A DNA stretch of 33,530 nt from a virus (taxonomy: Duplodnaviria; Caudoviricetes), in the IMG/VR virus record IMGVR_UViG_3300025103_000084, positions 1 to 33,530 of that record; one strand, written 5' to 3'. The first letter of the stretch is position 1. Each line of letters starts with the position of its first letter. The notes under the pieces were generated by a model. That model did no database searches. It was not told the origin of the DNA and saw nothing but the letters and a program-made list of their open reading frames with translations. The position numbers and the translations under genes were made by a program. Positions 18,789 to 26,682 of this stretch are shown here, piece after piece.

Positions 18789-19387
18789 TTACTCAACTCC
18801 GTTAGTTCTTTTTTACGCTGTTCATAGGCGGCGACAATAACCGGATCACTTTTATATAGTGCGAATGAATCCGCTTTAGCTTTCTTCTCTTCGAGCTTCT
18901 GGAGATTATCGGCAAGTTTAAAAGCGCTTATGATTTGTTGCGGCTTTGGTGCTTGGGGCGGTTGCGGCTTTGTCGGTGCTGTATAATTCGGCTTCTTTGG
19001 AGTGCTTGCCGCTTGCCCGTCATCGTCTTCAGAGGGAATTCCGAGTATAGATTGATAAGCATAACGGCGGGCGTACGTAATCGCCGACCCCATGCCTTGT
19101 GGATCAAGCTTTGCACACTTCAAAAGTAAAGTATCTTCAATCCACTGTCCGCTATTGTGCATTAATAGCGTTGTAACTCCGGCTTGCGTCTCGTTAGTTA
19201 CGGGAAACTGTGAAACACTTAAACCGTTATTCATTAACGCGTCTTTAGCACAATGTATTACTTCTTCAAGATTGGCGTATTTGGACTTAAAATACGGGTT
19301 AGCCGCTTTTTTCTTTGCTCCGCTCATTTCAGACTGCGCCTTACATAATGCCCCGGCTAAGTCCTTAATGTCTTCTGATTTATTCAT
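18785..19387 (-). CDS. erf: ERF-family single-strand annealing protein
   Basis: NPYFKSKYANL and QGMGSAITYARRYA...EDDDG signature. Confidence 0.93.
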   Translation of the reverse strand: MNKSEDIKDLAGALCKAQSEMSGAKKKAANPYFKSKYANLEEVIHCAKDALMNNGLSVSQFPVTNETQAGVTTLLMHNSGQWIEDTLLLKCAKLDPQGMGSAITYARRYAYQSILGIPSEDDDGQAASTPKKPNYTAPTKPQPPQAPKPQQIISAFKLADNLQKLEEKKAKADSFALYKSDPVIVAAYEQRKKELTELSK

Positions 19388-19534
19388 TTACTTCACCCCT
19401 TTGTATTTGTTTGGAAATTCGGACTTTACCAAGTCTTTAACTATCCGGCTAATCGGTCGGCCAGTAAAGCCTTTGGCAGCGACTAGCACGTCATAGGTGA
19501 AACTATCTATCTTAATAGATTTATATTCTTTCAT
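19388..19534 (-). CDS. 48-aa ribbon-helix-helix-like regulator (start moved to ATG 19534)
   Basis: MKEYKSIKID strand then two helices; SD AGAGG; first gene after the leftward promoter. Confidence 0.6.
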   Translation of the reverse strand: MKEYKSIKIDSFTYDVLVAAKGFTGRPISRIVKDLVKSEFPNKYKGVK

Positions 19535-19567
19535 ACATCCTCTGTTTTTGGTTAATGTTACGAGGTT

Positions 19568-19596
19568 ATTATATTGCCGTTGTGGAGGTATTGCAA
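19568..19596 (-). promoter_or_regulatory. Leftward sigma70-type promoter
   Basis: TTGCAA-17 nt-TATAAT on the minus strand. Confidence 0.8.
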
Positions 19597-19646
19597 GTCC
19601 ATTAAACACTAAATTCAAAATAAATGTAGAAAAAAGTAGAATACAC

Positions 19647-19675
19647 TTGCAAAGGTAGAACTCCACACTTATACT
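19647..19675 (+). promoter_or_regulatory. Rightward sigma70-type promoter
   Basis: TTGCAA-17 nt-TATACT. Confidence 0.8.
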
Positions 19676-19697
19676 ACCTACATAACCAAAACGGAGA

Positions 19698-19892
19698 ATG
19701 AAGAAAATGAATAACCTGAACTATAGAATTGAAATTCAAAAAACACTTATTCAAACACTTAAAGATAATATAGAATTTGCAATGAGTCGCTTAGAGAACC
19801 CAAGAAGCAGAAAATCAAAATGGGAGAATGCAATATTAGCAAATAAAGAAGCTATAAAGTCAGCAGAACAAGTACTATCTAAACTAATCTAA
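19698..19892 (+). CDS. Hypothetical early protein (start may be 19707)
   Basis: SD GGAG; first gene after the rightward promoter. Confidence 0.6.
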   Translation: MKKMNNLNYRIEIQKTLIQTLKDNIEFAMSRLENPRSRKSKWENAILANKEAIKSAEQVLSKLI

Positions 19893-19924
19893 AGCCCTTC
19901 GGGGCAAAAACGGAGAATGAAGAA

Positions 19925-20101
19925 ATGAACATTGAACAAGCAATAGAATCAATACAGGAGCTGCAAAAAAAAGACGGCTCAAAATATGAGCAAGATCTTT
20001 TAGGAATGGCGGAGGCTGCTTTAGTTGACCTTGTCAATTACTATAGCGACGGCCCACAAAGCTTTAACACCGAAATAATGATTAAGGAGTTTACCAAATG
20101 A
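19925..20101 (+). CDS. 58-aa hypothetical protein (not in ORF track)
   Basis: MNIEQAIESIQELQKK...; SD GGAG; ATGA overlap with 20098. Confidence 0.6.
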   Translation: MNIEQAIESIQELQKKDGSKYEQDLLGMAEAALVDLVNYYSDGPQSFNTEIMIKEFTK

Positions 20102-20514
20102 CAGCAAACGCGACACGACCAACGAAGACCAAAGCAGGCGGCCCGCACCACTGCAATCAGTTAAAGAACCTGCAAGAGACTCACGCGGCATTAGAAAATA
20201 AACACACTATCCTCCAGAGAAGTTTTGACACTAGCTTGAAAAAAATATCTAAAATGGAGAGACATGAGCAATTTTTAAAAACCTCATTAGATAGCTATAT
20301 TGAAGAGCTTAATATCTCTCATAAAAGGTTTAACGATATAAGATTAGACATTAAATCTTATAAAAAGCTACTCAGTGATCTAGGCGAAGAAGTAAACGCC
20401 CTGGAAGAAGACAATAAAGACTTGAATCATATCGGCCAACTTTGGCGAGCTTGCTCCGTCTTTTTAGTTGCCGCTTTGATAGTCGCGGCCGTAATGGTTG
20501 GGGGGATAAAATGA
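20098..20514 (+). CDS. Coiled-coil protein with C-terminal TM anchor
   Basis: Heptad pattern followed by SVFLVAALIVAAVMV. Confidence 0.6.
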   Translation: MTANATRPTKTKAGGPHHCNQLKNLQETHAALENKHTILQRSFDTSLKKISKMERHEQFLKTSLDSYIEELNISHKRFNDIRLDIKSYKKLLSDLGEEVNALEEDNKDLNHIGQLWRACSVFLVAALIVAAVMVGGIK

Positions 20515-20951
20515 GAGAGATTAAGTTTAGAGCGTGGGATTCTGAGCGTAAAAGGATGTGTGTGGATAGAAATTGGGTGGAGTATCAGCATTATAAATGT
20601 GGGACGATGAAGGCTATTAATAATAGCAGAAAAGGGGCTACGCAAGATCTTATTATCATGCAATTCACCGGACTGCTCGATAAGAACGGCAAGGATATTT
20701 ACGAGGGGGATATATTAAAGATGCCTTATTACACTTGTTTACCGCCTGAATATGGTGTTGAAGATGATGAGGGTTTTTATATTGGCGCAGTGAGCTTTAT
20801 TCCCTCAAAGGGTTTTTGTATCCCGAAATGTTTAAAATATTCAGATGTTGAAGAAGAGAATAAGCTTGTTAAAGTTTGTCGATATTTTCAAATAAGGGCA
20901 GGCTTGGAAATCATCGGCAATATTCACGAGAACGGGGAGCTACTAAAATGA
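20511..20951 (+). CDS. YopX family protein (start moved to ATG 20511)
   Basis: MREIKFRAWD, MQFTGLLDKNGKDIYEGDI, EIIGNIHEN. Confidence 0.92.
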   Translation: MREIKFRAWDSERKRMCVDRNWVEYQHYKCGTMKAINNSRKGATQDLIIMQFTGLLDKNGKDIYEGDILKMPYYTCLPPEYGVEDDEGFYIGAVSFIPSKGFCIPKCLKYSDVEEENKLVKVCRYFQIRAGLEIIGNIHENGELLK

Positions 20952-21112
20952 ACTACCAAGAAGCATGGAACGAGTTGAAAGGAGATCTGGAAAGGATGAA
21001 ACTTTTGTTTATTGAATTCGGCGGGGGCAAATATCACGAGGGATATATTGAAGCCATTAAAGAAACTGAAGATATTATAAAAACAATTGAAATTAGCCAG
21101 GAAGATATATAA
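20948..21112 (+). CDS. Small hypothetical protein
   Basis: ATG 20948 overlaps the yopX-family stop. Confidence 0.55.
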   Translation: MNYQEAWNELKGDLERMKLLFIEFGGGKYHEGYIEAIKETEDIIKTIEISQEDI

Positions 21113-21238
21113 ATGACAATTAGAGAACATCTAAAAGAGTCAATAAAAATCCAGCGTGAATATCCTAATAAATGTTCATTTTCGGAAATAAAAAAGAGCT
21201 GGCCTTTAAGAGAGTCAGTTAAAAAGGTAAAAAAATGA
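21113..21238 (+). CDS. 41-aa hypothetical protein
   Basis: Fills the gap exactly; ATGA overlap with the ASCH gene. Confidence 0.4.
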   Translation: MTIREHLKESIKIQREYPNKCSFSEIKKSWPLRESVKKVKK

Positions 21239-21555
21239 AAACACTACACCTAATACTAAAAAAGAAATGGTTTGACATGATCATTTCAGGCGAAAAAAAA
21301 GAAGAGTACCGAGATCTTACTAATCATTGGCGTAGTAGATTATTAGATAATACGGGGAATTATAAAAATTTCGATACAATAACTTTCACCAATGGATATG
21401 CTAAGACAGCGCCCCGCTTTATTATTGAGTTTCAAGGGATTTATGAAGGATTTGGTGTTGAGTCTTGGGGAGCAAGTCCAAATAAATCATATTATGTCAT
21501 CCAGCTTGGTGACATCCTGGCAGTATCAAGAAGTGGAAGAACAAATGACAAATAA
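21235..21555 (+). CDS. ASCH domain protein
   Basis: LHLILKKKWFDMIISGEKKEEYR and FTNGY motifs. Confidence 0.88.
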   Translation: MKTLHLILKKKWFDMIISGEKKEEYRDLTNHWRSRLLDNTGNYKNFDTITFTNGYAKTAPRFIIEFQGIYEGFGVESWGASPNKSYYVIQLGDILAVSRSGRTNDK

Positions 21556-21742
21556 CCGCGACTTTAAAAATGAATTGGAAATATTTAAAAAATCATTGTC
21601 TGAAGTTGTCGAGCTATCAGAAAAGGATTCAGAAACCTTTCCTCTAGAAGAGGTTTACAGCGATTTGACAATGTGCCTGAAAGACCTAATCAAAGAAGAT
21701 AATCATATTTTAGTAAGACTTAATAAGCGGGGTGCGAAATGA
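21545..21742 (+). CDS. Small hypothetical protein
   Basis: ATG 21545 overlaps the end of the ASCH gene. Confidence 0.5.
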   Translation: MTNNRDFKNELEIFKKSLSEVVELSEKDSETFPLEEVYSDLTMCLKDLIKEDNHILVRLNKRGAK

Positions 21743-22017
21743 ATTATAAAATACAAGAAGTGCTCGAAATGCTTGACTGCGAAGAAAGCATATCAGAAAA
21801 TACAACCAATGCACTATTTCAGATTGAGCAGAATTATATTGATGATATCGATAATCTAAAATCAAATTTAAGAAGAAAGCATGATATTTTAACAAATAAT
21901 AATTGTGCAATCACTGATTTTTCGAAAGTCTCAAAGAAGAGAAATGATACTATAAAAGATCTTAAGGAAGAATTAAAAATACTTAAAAAGAAACTTAACA
22001 AGCGGGGCGCGGAGTGA
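21739..22017 (+). CDS. Hypothetical coiled-coil protein
   Basis: ATGA coupling with the previous gene. Confidence 0.55.
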   Translation: MNYKIQEVLEMLDCEESISENTTNALFQIEQNYIDDIDNLKSNLRRKHDILTNNNCAITDFSKVSKKRNDTIKDLKEELKILKKKLNKRGAE

Positions 22018-22043
22018 AAGCCCCAAGTAATTATTAATTTAGT

Positions 22044-22071
22044 TTGAACGCTCCAGGTTTTGGGGTATAGT
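22044..22071 (+). promoter_or_regulatory. Probable promoter for the structured leader and replication genes
   Basis: TTGAAC-16 nt-TATAGT, about 17 nt upstream of the structured RNA. Confidence 0.5.
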
Positions 22072-22087
22072 AAAAAGTATATTTAAT

Positions 22088-22152
22088 AGCGGCTCAGCTT
22101 TAGGCTTGATCACCTAGGGTTTAAGATTTTCTCATTGTTCTTATGAGCCGCT
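22088..22152 (+). ncRNA. Three-way-junction RNA, C4/CI-like antisense or cis-regulatory leader
   Basis: P1 AGCGGCTCA/TGAGCCGCT; P2 GCTTTAGG/CCTAGGGT with loop CTTGATCA; P3 TAAGA/TCTTA with a loop complementary to 22161-22168 and 22171-22181. Confidence 0.6.
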
Positions 22153-22224
22153 TCCTTTTCACAATGAGCTAACAATGAGAAGCGCAAGAAAAATACCTGC
22201 ATTCTCTTTAACGGAGAAATCCAA

Positions 22225-22884
22225 ATGGCAAAACGGTTTATAGATACCGAACTATGGGACAAGACTAAGTTTAATTCTTGCTCTCAAAAGATAAAATTAT
22301 TAACTATATTCATCACATGTAAAAGCGACCTTATAGGAGTCTTTAAAATGGCCCCTATGCTAATCAATGCTTACATTGGCGATACAGTAACCGAGGAAGA
22401 AATACTATCTATTCCTTGCGACATTGTAAAGCTTGAAGATGGTGTTTACTGGCTTGAAAGGTTTTGTGCTTTTCAGTATGGTGAATTGTCAGAGACTTGT
22501 CGACCTCACAAAAAATACATTCAAATGCTTAAATCTTCTAATTTGTATGAAAGGGTATCTAAAGGGTATTCAAAGGGTATTAATACCCTACAAGACAAAG
22601 AACAAGACAAAGAACAAGACAAAGAACAAGACAAAGAACAAGATAAGGATAAGGAAAAGACAAAGAAGAATATAAAAAGGTTCTCCGCTCCGCTTGTTGA
22701 TGATATTAGAAACTATTGCATTGAAAGAAAAAATAATGTTGATCCTGTTAAGTGGTTTAATTTCTATTCTGCTAAAGGTTGGATGATCGGCAAAAACAAA
22801 ATGAAAGATTGGAAAGCAGCGGTTAGGACTTGGGAAGATAGCGCACCTAAAAAGAAATCAATAGCAGACACATGGAGTAAATGA
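22225..22884 (+). CDS. Phage replication initiator (lambda O / DnaD-like)
   Basis: MAKRFIDTELW N-terminus, internal iterons with a DKEQ linker, C-terminal FYSAKGW...MKDWKAAVRTWE. Confidence 0.85.
   Translation: MAKRFIDTELWDKTKFNSCSQKIKLLTIFITCKSDLIGVFKMAPMLINAYIGDTVTEEEILSIPCDIVKLEDGVYWLERFCAFQYGELSETCRPHKKYIQMLKSSNLYERVSKGYSKGINTLQDKEQDKEQDKEQDKEQDKDKEKTKKNIKRFSAPLVDDIRNYCIERKNNVDPVKWFNFYSAKGWMIGKNKMKDWKAAVRTWEDSAPKKKSIADTWSK
22550..22589. repeat. Iteron-like origin repeats
   Basis: AAAGGGTAT at 22550, 22561, 22572 (11-bp period) plus inverted ATACCCT at 22583. Confidence 0.7.
22591..22643 (+). repeat. 12-bp tandem repeat CAAGACAAAGAA x4 plus a partial copy
   Basis: Perfect units at 22591, 22603, 22615, 22627; encodes QDKE repeats. 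Confidence 0.95.
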
Positions 22885-22885
22885 G

Positions 22886-23380
22886 ATGAGTATACCATTT
22901 CCGGGCAGAGAAGTAAAATGTAAAGATGAATGGTTAACGCCAAAATATTTAACGGATGCACTAGGAGAGTTTGATCTTGATCCTTGCGCACCAATTAATC
23001 CACCTTGGATGATTGCCAAGACAAAATTAGACATAAGGGATGACGGATTGAGTCAATCGTGGTTTGGTCGGGTTTGGTGCAATCCTCCTTACGGTCGAGA
23101 AACTTTTAAGTGGCTTGACAAATTGGCTGATCATGGCAACGGCATAGGATTAATATTCGCAAGAACTGAAACGGTTGGTTTTTTTAAGACTGTTTGGGCT
23201 AAGGCTGATGCTGTGTTTTTTCTTAAAGGTCGTTTAACTTTTTGTCATGTTGATGGGACTCCTGGGAGCGGCAACGCAGGGGCTCCAAGTTGCTTAATTC
23301 TCTTCGGGAAGAATAATATCGATATTGTAAATAGTGCGGATATTGCTGGTAAAATGGTGAGGTTAACTAATGCAAACTAA
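22886..23380 (+). CDS. dam: Phage DNA N6-adenine methyltransferase
   Basis: DEWLTP, FDLDPCA, DGLSQSW, VWCNPPYG motifs. Confidence 0.92.
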   Translation: MSIPFPGREVKCKDEWLTPKYLTDALGEFDLDPCAPINPPWMIAKTKLDIRDDGLSQSWFGRVWCNPPYGRETFKWLDKLADHGNGIGLIFARTETVGFFKTVWAKADAVFFLKGRLTFCHVDGTPGSGNAGAPSCLILFGKNNIDIVNSADIAGKMVRLTNAN

Positions 23381-23669
23381 TCACGAAATATTCAGCGGTA
23401 AAGATGTAATAATAACAAAATCAATATGCCGTTTCAAAAACGATGAATACCACCACCAAGACGGCAGAGAGCTTGAGTATTTTGAGCGAGGACAATTTCG
23501 CTTGAAGGGATCTAATGAAGCCGACAGAATAGAGCGGGTTCAATTTCTCATTGATAACAAAGATGAATATCATGAATTTGTCAGGCTCAAAGACAAATTT
23601 GAGCCGATACTTGATAAGATAAACGACTACACAAAAGAAGAGTATGAGAGGATTCACAATGCAGACTAA
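23370..23669 (+). CDS. Hypothetical protein sharing its first 7 aa (MQTNHEI) with DnaB
   Basis: Coupled between the MTase and dnaB; flanked by a 23-bp repeat. Confidence 0.6.
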   Translation: MQTNHEIFSGKDVIITKSICRFKNDEYHHQDGRELEYFERGQFRLKGSNEADRIERVQFLIDNKDEYHEFVRLKDKFEPILDKINDYTKEEYERIHNAD

Positions 23670-24960
23670 TCACGAAATATCATTGATCGGCCTATTGATT
23701 AATAAGCCTCAATTAATCGACTCTTGTCAGCTTCTTTTTAATTTCGCTAATCCTTTCAGTGATTCAAGGCTAAATAAAATCTTTGGGCATATTCAAGAGC
23801 TATGCGACATTAACGGCAACATTGAACGCAAAGAACTTTTAAAGCTTGGGGCTTCTTCTGGCATTGATTTAGCTCTTTACGGCGATCTTTCCAAAAATGC
23901 CGGGTTTGAAATCCAGTTAGGCGAATATGTAACAGAAGTATATGAACGCCATACAAAGGGATTACTTTCCGCTATGGCACACAAGCTTATAAATTGCGAC
24001 AAAGACGATTTAAACAGTATTTCTGAGTATCTGAGAGTATGCAGGGAAACTATTGAAGGGATCGAAAAGGCAAGTTCAATAACAACGGGCGTTACAATCG
24101 AAGAAGCCATCCAGGAAGTGAAAGAAAAAACCGAGAAGTTACAAAAAGGAGATGATCAGCACTATATTAAGTTTGGAGTTCTTGCCATTGATCGCTTAAT
24201 ACACGGCGTAACAACTAAAACAATGTCAATACTTGCTGCTAGGCCGAGTCAGGGCAAAACAGCTATAGCAGTAACGGCAATGTCTAACATGATGCAAAAT
24301 GGGGTTCCATGCGGGTTTATATCAGTCGAGATGTCAGAGGCTGAATTGATTGAGAGATTAGTACAGGTAAGGAGCGACGTTTCCATATTTGAATTTACGC
24401 ATCAGAATATGGGCCAGAGTAGAAAGGATAAATTTTATAAAGACCTTGAAGGCTTCGGGGGTTGTCCACTTATCCAAATTCAGAGAACGACTAACCGGAA
24501 GATCTCAAATATTCGGAATATGGCGCGCACTATGAAAAACAAGAATCCAGAATTAAAGGTAATTTTTATCGACTATGTACAAAAGATTCTGGGCAGTGAT
24601 CCAAGAGCAATAAAAACGGCACAAATGGAAGAGATCAGCGGAGCACTTACAGATATTGCCACAGATATGGACGTTCACGTTTGTTGTTTAGCTCAGATCA
24701 ATAGAAGCGGGGAAGAAACGCCAAGCATGAGCCATATTAAGGATAGCGGAGTTCTTGAACAGGACGCTTCATATATATTTCTACTCAAAAGAGATTTAGA
24801 AGAACAGAGGAACGCGCAAGGCGATGAGCTCAAGACATTAGACGCGGCGGTATTGATCGAGAAGAATAGAGGCGGGAGAACTGGCGTTGCTAATCTTGCA
24901 TTCAACGCGATAACAACAAAGTTTTATGATAACACTTTTAATCATGAAGGAGAGTTTTAA
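23659..24960 (+). CDS. dnaB: Replicative DnaB-like helicase (start moved to ATG 23659)
   Basis: AARPSQGKT, SVEMS, IDYVQ, AQINR, DSGVLEQDA, KNRGG. Confidence 0.95.
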   Translation: MQTNHEISLIGLLINKPQLIDSCQLLFNFANPFSDSRLNKIFGHIQELCDINGNIERKELLKLGASSGIDLALYGDLSKNAGFEIQLGEYVTEVYERHTKGLLSAMAHKLINCDKDDLNSISEYLRVCRETIEGIEKASSITTGVTIEEAIQEVKEKTEKLQKGDDQHYIKFGVLAIDRLIHGVTTKTMSILAARPSQGKTAIAVTAMSNMMQNGVPCGFISVEMSEAELIERLVQVRSDVSIFEFTHQNMGQSRKDKFYKDLEGFGGCPLIQIQRTTNRKISNIRNMARTMKNKNPELKVIFIDYVQKILGSDPRAIKTAQMEEISGALTDIATDMDVHVCCLAQINRSGEETPSMSHIKDSGVLEQDASYIFLLKRDLEEQRNAQGDELKTLDAAVLIEKNRGGRTGVANLAFNAITTKFYDNTFNHEGEF

Positions 24961-24963
24961 AAA

Positions 24964-25125
24964 ATGATTGAAGAAATGAAAGACTTTTTAAGGTGCTCTT
25001 CGTTTCCTTTGGATTATAACCCACTAGATCAAAAGGTTAAGTATATTTGTGGTATGTCAGTACCGCCAATTATGACGGCCCAGATTGCAACTAGGGTTTA
25101 TAAAGAGTGGTTAAGCAATGGATGA
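24964..25125 (+). pseudogene. 53-aa C-terminal remnant of a C5-cytosine methyltransferase
   Basis: SFPLDY...GMSVPPIMTAQIA...WL resembles motifs IX-X; catalytic PC and SAM-binding motifs absent. Confidence 0.65.
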
Positions 25126-25381
25126 CATTGAAAGAATGTTGCTAATAATGGATCTTGAAGAAGATTGGAGCGAATGCCAACAGGACAAAGAAAAGGAGTA
25201 TAAGCCGCCGGATTGGTTTTTAATCGGCATGGGGATAAAGGAAGCCCCGGAACATGTAAAGTTTAAAGCCAAGGAAATATACAAGGAGTTTTTAAGATTT
25301 AAAGGAAGCAAAGAAAACAGCTTTGAAGAGTTAGTGAAGAGTTTCACACTTGCCAAAGCACAAAACAAAACAGGAGTATAG
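25118..25381 (+). CDS. Hypothetical protein
   Basis: ORF coupled within the operon. Confidence 0.55.
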   Translation: MDDIERMLLIMDLEEDWSECQQDKEKEYKPPDWFLIGMGIKEAPEHVKFKAKEIYKEFLRFKGSKENSFEELVKSFTLAKAQNKTGV

Positions 25382-25384
25382 AGG

Positions 25385-25504
25385 ATGGATAATGAAATAA
25401 AGAACGGGGATTTACCAGCAAGGCCAGTACCTAACGGGGCGGATAAAAGGGAGGGCGCGTTAATATGTGTTTTAAGTAAGATTAAGAAGTTAAAAAGGAG
25501 ATAG
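25385..25504 (+). CDS. 39-aa hypothetical or truncated protein
   Basis: SD GGAG/GAGG; MDNEIKNGDLPARP... Confidence 0.35.
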   Translation: MDNEIKNGDLPARPVPNGADKREGALICVLSKIKKLKRR

Positions 25505-25508
25505 CAAA

Positions 25509-25805
25509 ATGAATATAAATAATCTAGTATACGGGGCTCCAGTAACGATGGTTAAAGCCGAGTCAATGAACAACTTAGGGCACAATAAAACGGCGTATGA
25601 ATACCAGCAGAGCCTAAGACGTGATATTAATTTGCAAAAGCCAGCACCAAAGCCACAAAGCAAAGTATGTAAATATTGTTTTATATCTAAGTCTTTGACG
25701 GCTTACAGAGACCATAATTCATCCCGTGACGGCAAATGTTCAAAATGTCGGGATTGCCAAAATAAAATAGAAAGAGAGCGTTATTATAATAAAAAAAACA
25801 AATAA
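25509..25805 (+). CDS. Zinc-finger protein (CxxC...CxxC)
   Basis: CKYC...SRDGKCSKCRDC resembles the N-terminal finger of HNH/EndoVII proteins; no nuclease domain. Confidence 0.6.
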   Translation: MNINNLVYGAPVTMVKAESMNNLGHNKTAYEYQQSLRRDINLQKPAPKPQSKVCKYCFISKSLTAYRDHNSSRDGKCSKCRDCQNKIERERYYNKKNK

Positions 25806-25813
25806 AATAAGTT

Positions 25814-25856
25814 AGATTATAGCCGATATTTAATACTATAGCGGGGCTTTTTTTTT
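25814..25856 (+). repeat. Left copy of the 31-bp cassette-flanking repeat (degenerate terminator)
   Basis: 25814-25844 matches 30601-30631 at 29/31; T-run follows. Confidence 0.85.
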
Positions 25857-25919
25857 GCCTTTATCGTGTTATATTTAAAACAGCTAATGGACAACAACAT
25901 ATAAAGAACAGGTGCCATA

Positions 25920-26279
25920 ATGGCGTGCAACGAAGTTAATTTTACATATAATAAATGCCTACACGCAACCGTCGGTGATGATTACTCCACGCTAATAAAG
26001 TCTAAAAGAGATTTAACTGGGTATAGCATAGTAATGGATATCCAGGCGGCCAAAGGTACATCACCAGTACTTAGCCTTGCAATTACTGCTAATGAGTTAT
26101 TGACTGGATTTTATATCAGTGACTTAACCGCTGGTGATTTTAAGATGATCATACAAAATTCAGACACCACATTAGTTGGCGAAGGTATGTTTATCTACGC
26201 TATAACCCTAGTTGATTCAAACTCATTACGGACACCGTTCTTACAAGGTTTCATTGAGTTTAGGGAGACAATCTTGTGA
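25920..26279 (+). CDS. BppU-N / Ig-like adaptor domain protein
   Basis: VGDDY...DLTGYSI...YAITL...FLQGFIEF pattern. Confidence 0.55.
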   Translation: MACNEVNFTYNKCLHATVGDDYSTLIKSKRDLTGYSIVMDIQAAKGTSPVLSLAITANELLTGFYISDLTAGDFKMIIQNSDTTLVGEGMFIYAITLVDSNSLRTPFLQGFIEFRETIL

Positions 26280-26680
26280 GTATATCAGTTAATAGCACAC
26301 CTAGTGTTATTAGTATTGACTCAGAGAATAAAGAAATATCAGTAGTGTCGTCACAGGCATCGGTAGACATACTACCAAGCCCTAACATAGTAGACGTAAC
26401 ACCAATTATCAATAAGGTTGTTATAGTCAGCGAGAAGGGCGATACTGGTCCTCAAGGCCCACAAGGTATCCAAGGCCCAAAAGGTGAAGAGTTGACCAGC
26501 CCAGAGTTTACTTATACTGATGGATTGCTTACTGGGGTCTTGTACTCTGGTGGTGAGACTAAAGTTATTACGTATATAGATGAGGTCATATCACAGGTTG
26601 TTTTTGATGATGGTGTTGACGTGATAACTAAGACATTCAATTACACCGATGGTGTTTTAACAAGTATACTGGAGACCTGA
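26276..26680 (+). CDS. Short collagen-repeat protein
   Basis: GDTGPQGPQGIQGPKG followed by three FTYTDGLLT-like hairpin repeats. Confidence 0.7.
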   Translation: MSISVNSTPSVISIDSENKEISVVSSQASVDILPSPNIVDVTPIINKVVIVSEKGDTGPQGPQGIQGPKGEELTSPEFTYTDGLLTGVLYSGGETKVITYIDEVISQVVFDDGVDVITKTFNYTDGVLTSILET

Positions 26681-26682
26681 TT

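Noticed and set aside
19535-19666. N-terminal extension of ORF 19388-19666
   Set aside because: It runs through both divergent promoters; the SD-preceded ATG at 19534 is the better start
22088-22152. Structured RNA as a tRNA
   Set aside because: Only two internal arms, no anticodon arm or GTTCRA T-loop, and no CCA
22591-22643. Tandem repeats as a CRISPR array
   Set aside because: 12-bp units with no spacers, in frame within the initiator linker; no cas genes
25509-25805. HNH homing or packaging endonuclease
   Set aside because: Only the zinc-finger part is present; no HNH or EndoVII catalytic motif
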